This document shows positions 35,789-47,376 of a stretch of 64,000 bases of DNA, piece after piece (position 1 is the first letter of the stretch; every line of letters starts with the position of its first letter). The notes below the pieces were generated by a model. The model was not told where the DNA came from, made no database searches, and worked only from the letters and a program-made list of their open reading frames with translations. Where the stretch lies: IMG/VR virus record IMGVR_UViG_3300032246_001368, positions 1 through 64,000 of that record. The stretch is one strand, 5' to 3'. This DNA comes from a virus. A program made the translations under genes and the position numbers.

Positions 35789-37584
35789 GCGATAATTTCT
35801 TTAATTCCAATACATATGTAACTTTTGACGGAACAAGTCTGAGAGATTTAATAATCAATCGACTTAATCAAGGTCAAGTGTTCACTGATCAAAACTATCA
35901 AGGGTCTAATTTCTCTGCATTAATAGATGTTATTAGTTATTCTTTTAGTACTCTTTTATTTTATTTAAATAAAACGTCTTCTGAAAGCACATTTTCAGAT
36001 GCACAGGTTTATGAAAACATGAACCGCATTGTTAAGCTTTTAAATTATAAGCCAGTTGGAAGATTAACCCAAAATGTTCCCTTTGATCTATCTATTAACA
36101 GTAGTCTGTCACAAGGAAATTATTTTATCCCTAGATATAGTTATGTTAATGTAGGTGGAACAACATTTTCATTCAATCAAGATGTTAATTTTTCTAAATT
36201 AACAAACGGACAAGAATCAATAGCCGATATTTCAAATAACTATTTGCTCTATCAAGGAACATTCCAAGAATATCCATTATATTCTGCAGCTGGAATAGAT
36301 AACGAAGTATTGTTCCTGTCTCTTTCAGATAATACATATATTGATCACTTCAATATCCATGTTTATGTAAAACCTCAAAACACTACATCATGGAAGCGCT
36401 GGAGTAATGTAACAGAATTATTTTTACACGGATCAGTTGATGAGGTTTATGAAACTAGATTTAACGAAAACAAAAAATATGAAATTAAATTTGGTGACAA
36501 CATCAACGGTAAGAAATTAAATCAAGGTGATCAAATAGCTGTTTATTATTTAAAGATAGACCCCACAGCCACGGGCATAGGAGCCAATTCATTAAATGGT
36601 AATCCTATAGTAAAATTTAATTCTGTTCAATATAATACTATATTAACTGACACAAACTCAACTTATGAAAATGCTCTTTCTCCTGCTCAGTTAAAGGATC
36701 TTACATTATCTAATGTTTTCCCTTCTACTTCTTACTCTTCAGAAGAAACCGTAGACGATATAAGACAAAATGCCCCTAAGAATTTCAGATCCCAGTATCG
36801 TCTTGTTACAATACCTGATTATGAAACCTTTGTTAAAACCAATTATGCTAATTTATTAGCAGACGTGAAAGTTGTGCCTAATGACGACTATCTCAAAGGA
36901 CATATAAGATACCTCTACGATATAGGGTTAAACAACCCACAGCTCCAAAATCAAATATTGTTTAATCAGATAAAATTTGCTAACAGCTGTAACTTTAACA
37001 ACTTATATGTTTACTGTGTACCTAAAAATGTTTATCAGGAATATTTGTCAGCTCCTCAAAAAGAAATAATTTTAAACGGATTACAAGATTCCAAAACCAT
37101 TACGACACAAATAGTTCCTATTGACCCGGTTTATGTTTATATGGATTTTTATGTTGCAGCTCCTAATGTTCCATTGGCTCTCTCTGACATAAACAATAGT
37201 AAACTTCGCATAATCAAAACTGCAAATACCCGCAGAGCAGATTCTTCTATTTTGAATGATGTAAAAAATGTATTTTCTTCAACCTTTAATAGAACAACAT
37301 CTAAACTAGGACAATTAATCAATATGTATCAATTATCTATTGACCTTTTAAATATAGATGGAATACAAGCAGTTCAAACATACAGAGCGGATGTAGGAGC
37401 TTACGTCAACGGTGTATCTTTAGTGTTGTGGAATAATTTATATCCTACTCAAGACATTTCATTACACACTCAAAATGTAATATTAGAAAATTTCAAATAT
37501 CCTATATTTAATAATATTTCAGATTTATCTTCTCGCATAGAAGTAGTGGATAACTTCTCATCTGTCAAGGCTGTAGAATTTTAA
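35785..37584 (+). CDS. gp6: baseplate wedge subunit (T4 gp6-like)
   Basis: FTDQNYQGSNFSALID; ESTFSDAQ; LLNYKP; YEIKFGD...GKKL; ETVDDIRQNAP..FRSQYRLVT..DY. Confidence 0.9.
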   Translation: MSDNFFNSNTYVTFDGTSLRDLIINRLNQGQVFTDQNYQGSNFSALIDVISYSFSTLLFYLNKTSSESTFSDAQVYENMNRIVKLLNYKPVGRLTQNVPFDLSINSSLSQGNYFIPRYSYVNVGGTTFSFNQDVNFSKLTNGQESIADISNNYLLYQGTFQEYPLYSAAGIDNEVLFLSLSDNTYIDHFNIHVYVKPQNTTSWKRWSNVTELFLHGSVDEVYETRFNENKKYEIKFGDNINGKKLNQGDQIAVYYLKIDPTATGIGANSLNGNPIVKFNSVQYNTILTDTNSTYENALSPAQLKDLTLSNVFPSTSYSSEETVDDIRQNAPKNFRSQYRLVTIPDYETFVKTNYANLLADVKVVPNDDYLKGHIRYLYDIGLNNPQLQNQILFNQIKFANSCNFNNLYVYCVPKNVYQEYLSAPQKEIILNGLQDSKTITTQIVPIDPVYVYMDFYVAAPNVPLALSDINNSKLRIIKTANTRRADSSILNDVKNVFSSTFNRTTSKLGQLINMYQLSIDLLNIDGIQAVQTYRADVGAYVNGVSLVLWNNLYPTQDISLHTQNVILENFKYPIFNNISDLSSRIEVVDNFSSVKAVEF

Positions 37585-37590
37585 CGCATC

Positions 37591-40500
37591 ATGCAATCAT
37601 CCTTAGTCAATAATCTTTTAGCATATTGGAAATTAAACGAAACTAGTGGAACGAGATTAGATTCTACTGGTAATAATCATTCCATATCAGAGGCAAACGG
37701 AACCGTTAATAGTGCTAGTGGTCTTTTATCCAAAGCTGCTTACATTTCTAACGGAAATACAAATTCTTGGTTAAAATTACCCCCCGGAATTTGTGATGTA
37801 GGAAACGGGCAAAAAACATTTTCTATATGGTTTAAAATAAATCAGACAAATATAGGATATCAATGGATATGGATGAATGGGTATACTGGAGGTTCTAATG
37901 ATATAGGTATTTGTTATATTGAAAATGGCAGTTATTTAAATTCTTTATTCGTAACAAATACAGAAAGTCATTGGGATGCATACAATCTTGGAGGAAATAT
38001 AGTTCCTACAGCAAATGTTTGGCATCATTTTGTTTGCACATTTAGTGGAGATACATACACTGCCTATTATGACGGGGAACAGATAGCTCAATTTGGTTAT
38101 AGTGGTACAGTTATATCCAGCGGCACGGAATATACATTAGGCCATTATAATCAAGCTCCTACCCTTGGTGCTTTCAAGGGAGCACTGGATGAAGTAGGTA
38201 TATGGAATAGAGTTTTATCACCAGCCGAAATAACCAATTTATACAACAATAGATTAGGAGATTCTTATCCCTTTTATGGTCCATCAAATTTTGTCGTAGA
38301 CTTAAATAGAGGATATGCAGGAGTTACAGAATTCAATTTTAATTCCTATATAAATCCTGCATATGAAGTAACCGCTGTATTATGGGGATTTGGTGATGGA
38401 TCAACCAGCAGAGAGTTAAATCCTAAACACACATACTACGTTCCAGGCAATTATACGGTTTATTTTAATATATACACATCTTCAACAGAAGTTATTAGTT
38501 TAACTAGTAATGTAAACATAGATGTATATTTAAATGAATCAATATATTTTGATTTTGTTCCTCCTCCTACTTTTGCCGGTCATTACAACAGATACCCATT
38601 TAAAATTAATATTACATCAAGTAATACTGGTCCTCATTATATTGATCTTGGAGCCCAATTCTCAAGATCTTATCAATCACAAAATCCATCTAATAAATGG
38701 TCTTTCCTCAGACCACAATGGAGATTTTTAGATTTAGACGGTAATGTCATAACATCAGTTAAAACAAAAGATACAATTATTAAGATTAATAATAGCAATG
38801 CTATAGATCCCACAGGTTTTGTGGCTGGTGTAACAGGAACTGCAGAATTTTATTTCGTTGATGATATATACAATTCAGATTTAGTTGTATCCAGACAACC
38901 TTATACAACACTCATAGCAACTCTTCAAACAAGTGCTATAAGATCTTTTAAAGATGGTATAAACACAGATAAAGAATTGCCTAGTTTTAGTAATAGTTTA
39001 GCAATAGCCACCAGTCCTTATATGGTATTGTGGAGAACACCAGAGAATATCAAAATAACCGAGAACGGCATTAGACAGCACAGTAATCCAAGATGGAATG
39101 GCGTTAATAATAGTCTCATAGTAAACACAGATTTTAGAGAATATGCATACCCTGATGAATGGGTAGATGGTAAGGGAGTGGAGATAGCATCCCCTGAAGA
39201 TTTTTTCATACACAATTTTCCGTTATCCAATTCTGAAGAAATAAAATTAAATGTAGGTGTTGTGGGATTAAGTGCTAATTTTACACCCCAACCCACAGAA
39301 ATGGTTTGGATAGACGAAACCGGTTATAAGGTTCCAGGATATTATAAAGGAAGATTTGAAACGTCTCATGTAGATACTTTAGGTGCTACAATTACTGCTA
39401 ATACCACCATTACGATGCCTCCAATGTCTAGTAATTTCTTCAATCCTGTGTTATGGGTGTCTAATCCAGAAGCTGGAATGTTGGCTACTGTACAATACAA
39501 ATACCAACCCAATTTATCTGACGCAACGACCTCTAATTTAGATGTTGCACAAATCTTTACTTTTGACGTTCCTATATTAAATGACGATGTTGATTTTGTA
39601 AAAGATCCCATGGCGTTATCAGGGTTCCACGGCATTAATAGTTTTGCAGCTTTGCCATCACCCAATTATCATGCATGGGCATCTGATTCAGAATTAAATT
39701 ATCTTTATAGATTTTCTTCCAACGGTCAAATTCTTTGTGCTGTAGATATTAATAAAATTATTACAGATAATAAATTAGGATTTTCAGTTCCTAAACAATG
39801 CTCACCAGTGTCTATTGCTCTTGATGGCAATCGCAATATATGGATGACTCTTTACGATACTGTATCTACATTAAAATTTGATAGTATGGGTAATTTCTTA
39901 TTTGCAGTTAGCCCATTATCAGCTACTGGTTATCCTTTACCTCCTAACATTTCTCCAGATTGGTTCGGAGAGTCTTCATATTATGATGCTAATGATTATC
40001 CTCCTTCTGGAAACGGTGATAATAATTTCGTAGAACCTACTGGTCTGGATACTGACACCAAAGACAATGTTTGGGTATCATATTCTAATTATGCTAGTGG
40101 ATATCTTGTAAAATATAGCTCCTCTGGCGGTTTATTAAATTCTCTAACATTTCCTCTTTGTTCTTGTCCTCAAGAAATTGTAGTAGATAAAAATGACGAT
40201 GTATGGTTAGCATTATCCAACCATATTTGGAATGGTCCTAGTTATATTGTAAAATTAAATTCTAATGGTCAAACATTAAGTTCTTTTGGTCCTTATAATG
40301 GTGTTAATCATTTAACAATAGACGTAAATCAGAATCTCTGGTTTACCTATAGTTATCAATGGATTGGTAATATAAACAACCTAACAGCGGATGTAACTAC
40401 ATTAGAAGTATCAGGAAATAATGTAACATCCAATATTCCAAATTGGTGGGACCCTAATTTAAATACAGATGAAACTGCTCTCGAAGGCATTGCAACCGAT

Positions 40501-41577
40501 TTAAGAGGATTTGTTTATGTTATTAATTCCGTAGAGAACCAGATATATGTTATAGATAGTTATAATAACGTTTTACAAAACAGATTCTACATTAATCCGC
40601 AAGGGTTTAATCATGTGATGGACGATCAAGAATCTCCTACAAAATTAATATACAATGTTTGGAATAAATCTGCTCAGGCAAGTGGAGACTGGTCTGGGTG
40701 GAAGTGGATTAACAAATTCAGAGATAGATTACCTTATTATACAGAAAAAACTACTACCAAATATCTTACAGGTGCAACAAACCCCTTGGATTTTTACAAT
40801 AATGATCCTTACGAAATTTTTAAAATAAATGAAGATCATGATTTAGCTGAGCAGATGAAATCGGTATCGTTTCAACCCATCTTAGCAAATAGTAATACAT
40901 TATTTGATGAATTCCTCGGCCCTATATTCGGACAATATCCTTTTGAAGCAGATGACCTCGGTGTTTCTTCATATGAAAAAATAGCAAACTTTGTTTCAAA
41001 TATATCAGATGCTGATTATTGTAACATAGATGAATTGTATAATATTTCGGATATGGTCGACTTGGATTTTGATAACTTCAAATTAACATATCCTACTTTA
41101 ATAAAGAGGCTTTTAAATTTTGCCAGTGTTAATCAATCAAGATTATGGGGTTCTAGATTATTAAATCAAGATAATTTCAAAAAACCCAGTGGAATGGGAA
41201 CTCTTAACAGAGGAGATTTGATAACATCGACATATTATACAATCACAGCAGGTGAACCAGTTGTATTAAAAACCAAATCACTTAACTCTTATCAGTTAAT
41301 ACCAACCGGTGAAATTAATGGTAATAATATCTATTCTCTCAATGATTTAGCAACATCTATAGGATTAGAAAATTATAATTGGCCTCAGTTCTATGAATTC
41401 TATGAATTTATACCTTCTTATGACAATACACAAATAGAAGGTTTAATTGATTGGAGTAATCCTCAAACGACTTTAAATGAGACACTATCAACATCTAATG
41501 ATTGGATGGGAAATGAAGGTATATTAGAAACTTTATTTTCTCACAAGTTGTATAAGGGTTTAGGATTAATAGATTAA
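37591..41577 (+). CDS. large baseplate/virion protein: LamG + PKD + beta-propeller, 1328 aa
   Basis: LLAYWKLNE.SG...WHHFVCT...FKGALDEVGIWNRVLS.AEI (LamG); WGFGDGSTS..LNPKHTY..PG.YTV (PKD); repeated P..I..D....VW blades; follows gp6. Confidence 0.75.
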   Translation: MQSSLVNNLLAYWKLNETSGTRLDSTGNNHSISEANGTVNSASGLLSKAAYISNGNTNSWLKLPPGICDVGNGQKTFSIWFKINQTNIGYQWIWMNGYTGGSNDIGICYIENGSYLNSLFVTNTESHWDAYNLGGNIVPTANVWHHFVCTFSGDTYTAYYDGEQIAQFGYSGTVISSGTEYTLGHYNQAPTLGAFKGALDEVGIWNRVLSPAEITNLYNNRLGDSYPFYGPSNFVVDLNRGYAGVTEFNFNSYINPAYEVTAVLWGFGDGSTSRELNPKHTYYVPGNYTVYFNIYTSSTEVISLTSNVNIDVYLNESIYFDFVPPPTFAGHYNRYPFKINITSSNTGPHYIDLGAQFSRSYQSQNPSNKWSFLRPQWRFLDLDGNVITSVKTKDTIIKINNSNAIDPTGFVAGVTGTAEFYFVDDIYNSDLVVSRQPYTTLIATLQTSAIRSFKDGINTDKELPSFSNSLAIATSPYMVLWRTPENIKITENGIRQHSNPRWNGVNNSLIVNTDFREYAYPDEWVDGKGVEIASPEDFFIHNFPLSNSEEIKLNVGVVGLSANFTPQPTEMVWIDETGYKVPGYYKGRFETSHVDTLGATITANTTITMPPMSSNFFNPVLWVSNPEAGMLATVQYKYQPNLSDATTSNLDVAQIFTFDVPILNDDVDFVKDPMALSGFHGINSFAALPSPNYHAWASDSELNYLYRFSSNGQILCAVDINKIITDNKLGFSVPKQCSPVSIALDGNRNIWMTLYDTVSTLKFDSMGNFLFAVSPLSATGYPLPPNISPDWFGESSYYDANDYPPSGNGDNNFVEPTGLDTDTKDNVWVSYSNYASGYLVKYSSSGGLLNSLTFPLCSCPQEIVVDKNDDVWLALSNHIWNGPSYIVKLNSNGQTLSSFGPYNGVNHLTIDVNQNLWFTYSYQWIGNINNLTADVTTLEVSGNNVTSNIPNWWDPNLNTDETALEGIATDLRGFVYVINSVENQIYVIDSYNNVLQNRFYINPQGFNHVMDDQESPTKLIYNVWNKSAQASGDWSGWKWINKFRDRLPYYTEKTTTKYLTGATNPLDFYNNDPYEIFKINEDHDLAEQMKSVSFQPILANSNTLFDEFLGPIFGQYPFEADDLGVSSYEKIANFVSNISDADYCNIDELYNISDMVDLDFDNFKLTYPTLIKRLLNFASVNQSRLWGSRLLNQDNFKKPSGMGTLNRGDLITSTYYTITAGEPVVLKTKSLNSYQLIPTGEINGNNIYSLNDLATSIGLENYNWPQFYEFYEFIPSYDNTQIEGLIDWSNPQTTLNETLSTSNDWMGNEGILETLFSHKLYKGLGLID

Positions 41578-41633
41578 TCTTAAACGTAATAAATCCATTG
41601 CACAAAAGGATTTTGTTCTAAATATTAGAAGAC

Positions 41634-44600
41634 ATGGCGATCACGGATCCAGCATTTTTTATTAAAACGGTAGGCTCCTGGCCTAATGAAGTCTATCAGA
41701 TAGCTCCATCAGCTCAACTTATTAATCCTAGCTTAGGATTTTTACCTGCTGAAAATCTTTTAAGGTATCAAAATAATCCAATCAATGAAACAGATAATTT
41801 AGCAGATTTTCAATATTCAAATACCAATTATTATCTCAACGCAGACACAGGACAATATAATATAGATACAAATAATAATGCTACCATTCAATGGAATGTA
41901 TCTAGCATGAGATACAAATATAATATTGGTCCCCAACTTAATTATTTTTATATAAACATCGATCAAAGTAGTTCTGTCAGAAACTACTACGCATATTTAT
42001 TATATCCCTATAAGCTTTCATTAAAGCCTACAGGCAAACCAACTAAAGTAGGTAATAACTGGAGTCTTACAACAACAACAGTTCTTGTAAATCCTTCAAG
42101 CTTTTTCTTTTATACTTCCTCTCCAGGAGCTGTTGGTTATGATCAGCATACAAAGTATCTCATAGATAATCCAGTAACAGGGCCATTAGGAATATCATCA
42201 AGCAATTATTCAATAGTATATAATCTTTGTGCTTGTCGAACACGAGTAGACGTGCCGATTGTTAAATTTACTAATACATATAATCCTTATTTTATAAACA
42301 CAGTCTTAGAGCCTAATGGTGCTAGCATAAGACCAGATTCTACATTTGTATCTTTCAACGTAAAATATCTCAGCACAAGTAAAACAGTTACTACACTTGG
42401 GCAAGATTTACCTGACGAGACACCAGGTCAACATCATGGATTTAAATCTAGTTATATATTGAAATATGATCCTACCGTATCTAACACACAAATATTCCAG
42501 TTAATTCAAAACAAACCAAAGAATGATACAAGAGATTTATTAGACCCCAATCTTTGTGTATTGAGTGCAACTATTAATTTAGATACTACCAACTTTAGAT
42601 ATTTTAGTAATTACTACTTTGTAAACAATACTACTATCATAAACAATATAACCGGAACTCCAGGTTCTTATATTGGTTTTAGATATATAGCGGACTGCCC
42701 CACTCTACAATATACCGGAGAAACATGGCAAAGTACTGTAGTAAGTTTTAACAATACGGGCGGCGCACAATTAGGAAAGCCTATTAATACTAATGTATCA
42801 GGATATGATTCCACAACATGGACAACCAAATACCCACCGCATTATTATTCTTTCAAAGCTTCATTATCTTCATCAACACAACTGCCGTTACTAGACACTG
42901 CTAGCTTAACCTTTTATCTATATTCTTCTGCGATTAATACATCTTTAACAACTGCTACTTTATCTACATATATAAAGTCGGATTTTAATTTTATTAAATA
43001 TGATCTTTGGACTTATAGTCAAAATGACTATATCAAATTCTCTCCGATCAATACAGATTCTTTATTACTGTCTTCTATATATTGCTATTATGGAAACAAT
43101 CAGGATATACCGTATTCATTGTTAACATCTCCTTGGATACCCGCATCTTCTGCAAACACATTTTTAGTTACCTATCCTGGTATTCCTTACGGTGAAATAG
43201 ACTTGACCCTTAGGCCAACACTTTGTTCTGTTGCTGGTTATTTAGATGCATATGAAGCCATAAACTTAAAAATGGCTCAAGGTTATAAACAACCAAATCC
43301 AGGCAATCCCATATTTTTAAATTTACTAGAAGAAGGCCAAGATTATATAAGTGTAAATTCATCATTCATGATCTCTGAAAGTGCTTGGCCTACTAGAGAT
43401 TTAAGAGATTCTTATATATCTTGGTCTGTATACCCTTCAGGAAATACTGTATCCATTAATGCTATCGACACCACAGGGGCATATATAACCAATATACAAC
43501 CAAATTCAGCAGTATTGTTTAATACTAATACTTGGTCAGTTATGGTATCTGGTTATGGACCACAAACAACCTTTATATATCTTTCTTCTCAAAAATATAA
43601 TGAGACAACTTCTCTCACGAGTAATTCAGCTCTATTTGATTATTTTGCAGAAAATCAATTCATAGTAGGACCTTCAATAGGGCTTAATAACCTTAACCAA
43701 ACTCGAACCATTCAATTGACAGCGGTAGTTCCTTATAAGGGTAGAATTTACAGTGTACCAAGCAGCACACCTATTTACTGGTATTGGACCTACGATGATA
43801 TCGATGATGCTTCTCTTCAGCCTATAGAAGCGTCTTATAAAGATTACACAAATTACGATTATGGCATAACAGATAATGCTTCCACTCTTAGTGCTCTTAA
43901 TTTAAGAATAACCCCCCCCTCTGTTATACAATCACCCAACGTACACAGTATTAAAGTATTTGTAGTATCGTATACAAAGATGCCTCCAATATCTGGTTCT
44001 TATCAATTCTATGTTGATGATTTTCCATCTTCAAGTGTATTCAACACCAATTTTACAACTTCATATACTTCATATCCTCTAACAACTATATCCGATAATA
44101 GCTCTGGAAGAACCGTTGTAACTCGTCCAGATAATGGTACCAATTTATTCACATTATCAGCTAATACAAACTCAGTACCTTTCTTAGATCCTACAAGTAT
44201 TGTTTGGGTATTAAGTTCAACAAATGGCAGTTCCCAAACACTATCAAATAGTGCTAATCCTTTTAGTATAAATCTTTCATCACCAGCAACCACAAATGTT
44301 TCTCTTTGTGCTTTAAATTGCATAGTGCCGGGATGGATAAGTGCTCATAATACACAAGCATCCGCTGTGTTTTATATAATGTCACAAAATGACTTTTTTA
44401 ACCCTTTAAAAATAATAACATTCCCTTCAGAATCCTGGTTGCAGCGCACTCAATACCTCACATTTTTAGATCAGAATAATTACACTTTATTCGGAGCATC
44501 GACTGCATATGCTAATAAAAAGACATCATCCCAAATTTTCTATCTATCTGCTAATAAATCAGATTTTAATGAATACATATATACAGTAGGATCTAAAAAT

Positions 44601-47294
44601 CTAGTAACTCCTTTAATAGACTCAAACAACTATTTTGATAGTGCAGACATACCTTATAGAAGTGAATTATTTTCTGCGACAGGATTAAAAATTAGTCTCA
44701 CAGCTTTCAATGAAAAATTTACAAAAGAAAATGGATTGAATTATATAGCTCCTGTAGGCAGCACTCTTCGTACATTATATTTCAATATAACATCATCAAC
44801 CATACCTTCACAAAGTGCAGGATTAACTGGTTTTAATGTAAATCCTAAACTTGTACCTTATAATGATGTATCCTTTAGTTTTAATGTTAATAACAGTTCT
44901 TTAAATTTAGATTTTAATAGACTTATATCAGTCACTCAAACAATATCTACTTCACCTTACTTTGGGCCAGCATTTCCCACTACAAATGGAACTATAACAT
45001 ATACCCTATATACTGATTCATGGTCAAAGAATATAATTGTACCAGCTGTAAACGGCACAATTAATTTACCTTCTCTCAAAATAGGAGATCCTTTTGAAAC
45101 TGGATTTGTCGGTAATGACTCAACGGTTTTACATGTAAAAGCATCTGCCAGTCTCGTAAAACAAATACCTCAAACTACATTTGATAACTATACATTATTT
45201 GATTATAATGGTAATAGGGATTTATGGACTCCAGTTACTCAAAACATATCCTCATATGGTAGCCCAGTAACCATTGTAGCGTATATCACTGCTATTAATC
45301 CTGAAATATATATTTCTTCCTTTTATAATCTTTCTGGATATGATTTATCGCTTCAATATAAAACCCCTACAAATTCTAGTGGTTATTATATAACTCAATA
45401 TGTAACAGATTTCAAAGAACCTAACGGAGTAAAATATTCGTTACCAGAAGACACTATAAATTATGCATATAGTTCGGTAGGAACATTCTATATTTCTTAT
45501 AGTGCAATATATAATGACGGATCAATTAAAACATTTGATGTGTCTAACCCTATCATAGTTAAGTCTTCCTGGGTTTCTTATGATCAAGAAGACATAAGAA
45601 TGTTAAACGAAACTGAATTATTATTTCCTTATAACTTAAATGACATATTGATTCAACCTAATGAGTGGGGCGATGCTGATATCTTTAATACAGCCATTAC
45701 GCGTATCCAAGATAACCTAGATTATCTTAAATCCAATTCTCAGACCATTAACACGGATTCACCTACTGTATATTTCGGATGGCTTGGATGTAACAGAAGT
45801 AACAAATATGACGGTATTCGTTGGTATAGCAGAGAGTATGGATCTGATTATTTCGAAAATGCTAATTTTGCAATTTCATCAGGCAATTCATATTTTACAA
45901 ATCTTAAGAGCATTGCTCAAAGTGATTCTCATATATTTGTTTTAGATGGTACCTCCATAAGAGTATTCACTAATGATAAAAATCCTCAAGAGTTACTCTT
46001 CCCTAATATAGATGAACTCAATAAGATGTTGGATAATCCAGTTGACATATCAATAGACAGTACAGGAACTATATTGTTTGTTCTCGATTCTTCAAAAAAT
46101 AGAATATACAGATTTGATTTAGATTTATCCTCTCAACCTTACATCAATATTACGTTAAGTGTAGGAGGGTTTGGTAAGATAACTGATCCTAATAAATTCA
46201 ATACTCCGACTCAAATGTCTTTCGGAGGAGATAACCTATTTGTATTGGATTATAACAATAGATGTGTTAAAGAATACAATAGCTATTTAAATTGGATACA
46301 TACATATAACATAGATTCCTTCGACATTGACAGACCGGTAGACGTAGCAGCACATGATTCTTCTATAGTTTACGTATTAACAGAAAAACGTGATGTTTAT
46401 GTATTTGACAATGCCAATAATGTACCATTGAAAATGTTTTCTGTTACAGAGACATTTGGTGGTGGTAACGTGGTTGAAATGTTTTTTGACGAACCGGGAG
46501 AATTCTTATATATAGTTACAGAGAAATTTATATACAAATATTCAGCCATTGGTTATTATATATCCATTTTAACTATCCCTAATAATGGGTTGCTTTCATA
46601 TACGGCAGCTAACAAATCACCTGCTAGAAGTTTAATATTCTCAACTGCAAGAGGCATAATCAAAGTTCAAGATCTTGTTGATATCTTTAGAATAGGAGAT
46701 GGTAATGCTAAGCAATATTGGTCTACTGATCAATTAAAAATCCAAAGAAAAGAATTAGCACATGATTTTAATTATAATAAATCATTAACTAGAATGGCTC
46801 AGAATTTAAAGACCTTTAGAAATTCTATTAATGCTATATTCACTTTAGTAACAGAACAAACTAATACAGGCACCGTCACCTATTTCTCACTACAACCTTT
46901 ACTCAAAGAAAGCAGACCAGTATTTGATCCGTATGTTGAAGCTGAAAAATTATACATAGGTGTTAATGAATTGCATATACCGCAAGTTATCAATAGAGAA
47001 TTAGAAAGATTATACAATGCAGTAGAATCTTTGAGAATTACTCTTAATATGTCTGACTTGAATATAGTAAACAATAGTTCAAGTGGAACAAACACTTGCC
47101 AGGGTGTGTTTTGTTGGTCTTGGTCTTCTATGGGTTCCTATAATTTAACATTACCTCTTATAAGAATATGTAATGTTAATCCTATAACATACGATGAGCT
47201 CAAAACTCAATTCCCAGTGAATTATGCACCTTCTAAAATTTGGGCTAATGCTACTTCTGAATGTTGTAATCAATATGAAAATCCTTTACCCTAA
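41634..47294 (+). CDS. very large virion structural protein with C-terminal NHL-like propeller, 1886 aa
   Basis: S/T/N/Y-rich beta domains; NPVDISIDS.G..LFVLDS.KNRIYRF and GGFG......FNTP......LFVLDYNN.CVK NHL-like repeats; Cys-rich C-terminus. Confidence 0.65.
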   Translation: MAITDPAFFIKTVGSWPNEVYQIAPSAQLINPSLGFLPAENLLRYQNNPINETDNLADFQYSNTNYYLNADTGQYNIDTNNNATIQWNVSSMRYKYNIGPQLNYFYINIDQSSSVRNYYAYLLYPYKLSLKPTGKPTKVGNNWSLTTTTVLVNPSSFFFYTSSPGAVGYDQHTKYLIDNPVTGPLGISSSNYSIVYNLCACRTRVDVPIVKFTNTYNPYFINTVLEPNGASIRPDSTFVSFNVKYLSTSKTVTTLGQDLPDETPGQHHGFKSSYILKYDPTVSNTQIFQLIQNKPKNDTRDLLDPNLCVLSATINLDTTNFRYFSNYYFVNNTTIINNITGTPGSYIGFRYIADCPTLQYTGETWQSTVVSFNNTGGAQLGKPINTNVSGYDSTTWTTKYPPHYYSFKASLSSSTQLPLLDTASLTFYLYSSAINTSLTTATLSTYIKSDFNFIKYDLWTYSQNDYIKFSPINTDSLLLSSIYCYYGNNQDIPYSLLTSPWIPASSANTFLVTYPGIPYGEIDLTLRPTLCSVAGYLDAYEAINLKMAQGYKQPNPGNPIFLNLLEEGQDYISVNSSFMISESAWPTRDLRDSYISWSVYPSGNTVSINAIDTTGAYITNIQPNSAVLFNTNTWSVMVSGYGPQTTFIYLSSQKYNETTSLTSNSALFDYFAENQFIVGPSIGLNNLNQTRTIQLTAVVPYKGRIYSVPSSTPIYWYWTYDDIDDASLQPIEASYKDYTNYDYGITDNASTLSALNLRITPPSVIQSPNVHSIKVFVVSYTKMPPISGSYQFYVDDFPSSSVFNTNFTTSYTSYPLTTISDNSSGRTVVTRPDNGTNLFTLSANTNSVPFLDPTSIVWVLSSTNGSSQTLSNSANPFSINLSSPATTNVSLCALNCIVPGWISAHNTQASAVFYIMSQNDFFNPLKIITFPSESWLQRTQYLTFLDQNNYTLFGASTAYANKKTSSQIFYLSANKSDFNEYIYTVGSKNLVTPLIDSNNYFDSADIPYRSELFSATGLKISLTAFNEKFTKENGLNYIAPVGSTLRTLYFNITSSTIPSQSAGLTGFNVNPKLVPYNDVSFSFNVNNSSLNLDFNRLISVTQTISTSPYFGPAFPTTNGTITYTLYTDSWSKNIIVPAVNGTINLPSLKIGDPFETGFVGNDSTVLHVKASASLVKQIPQTTFDNYTLFDYNGNRDLWTPVTQNISSYGSPVTIVAYITAINPEIYISSFYNLSGYDLSLQYKTPTNSSGYYITQYVTDFKEPNGVKYSLPEDTINYAYSSVGTFYISYSAIYNDGSIKTFDVSNPIIVKSSWVSYDQEDIRMLNETELLFPYNLNDILIQPNEWGDADIFNTAITRIQDNLDYLKSNSQTINTDSPTVYFGWLGCNRSNKYDGIRWYSREYGSDYFENANFAISSGNSYFTNLKSIAQSDSHIFVLDGTSIRVFTNDKNPQELLFPNIDELNKMLDNPVDISIDSTGTILFVLDSSKNRIYRFDLDLSSQPYINITLSVGGFGKITDPNKFNTPTQMSFGGDNLFVLDYNNRCVKEYNSYLNWIHTYNIDSFDIDRPVDVAAHDSSIVYVLTEKRDVYVFDNANNVPLKMFSVTETFGGGNVVEMFFDEPGEFLYIVTEKFIYKYSAIGYYISILTIPNNGLLSYTAANKSPARSLIFSTARGIIKVQDLVDIFRIGDGNAKQYWSTDQLKIQRKELAHDFNYNKSLTRMAQNLKTFRNSINAIFTLVTEQTNTGTVTYFSLQPLLKESRPVFDPYVEAEKLYIGVNELHIPQVINRELERLYNAVESLRITLNMSDLNIVNNSSSGTNTCQGVFCWSWSSMGSYNLTLPLIRICNVNPITYDELKTQFPVNYAPSKIWANATSECCNQYENPLP

Positions 47295-47304
47295 GGGATA
47301 AGTA

Positions 47305-47376
47305 ATATTACATTCAAGAATAGTAACCCTTAGTAATAAGCGGTTCCTGATAAAATCAGAGACTTGAGAATAATAT
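47305..47376 (+). promoter_or_regulatory. structured 5' leader (predicted three-way junction) downstream of a TAAGTA late promoter
   Basis: TAAGTA 47299-47304; P1 TTCAAG 47313-18 / CTTGAG 47363-68; P2 AACC-CTTA-GTAA-TAAG-C-GGTT 47325-45; P3 CTGAT-AAA-ATCAG 47347-59. Confidence 0.5.

Noticed and set aside
47347-47362. Hammerhead ribozyme core suggested by CUGAU
   Set aside because: Reads CUGAUAA rather than CUGANGA, has no GAAA partner strand, and CUGAU is paired in a stem
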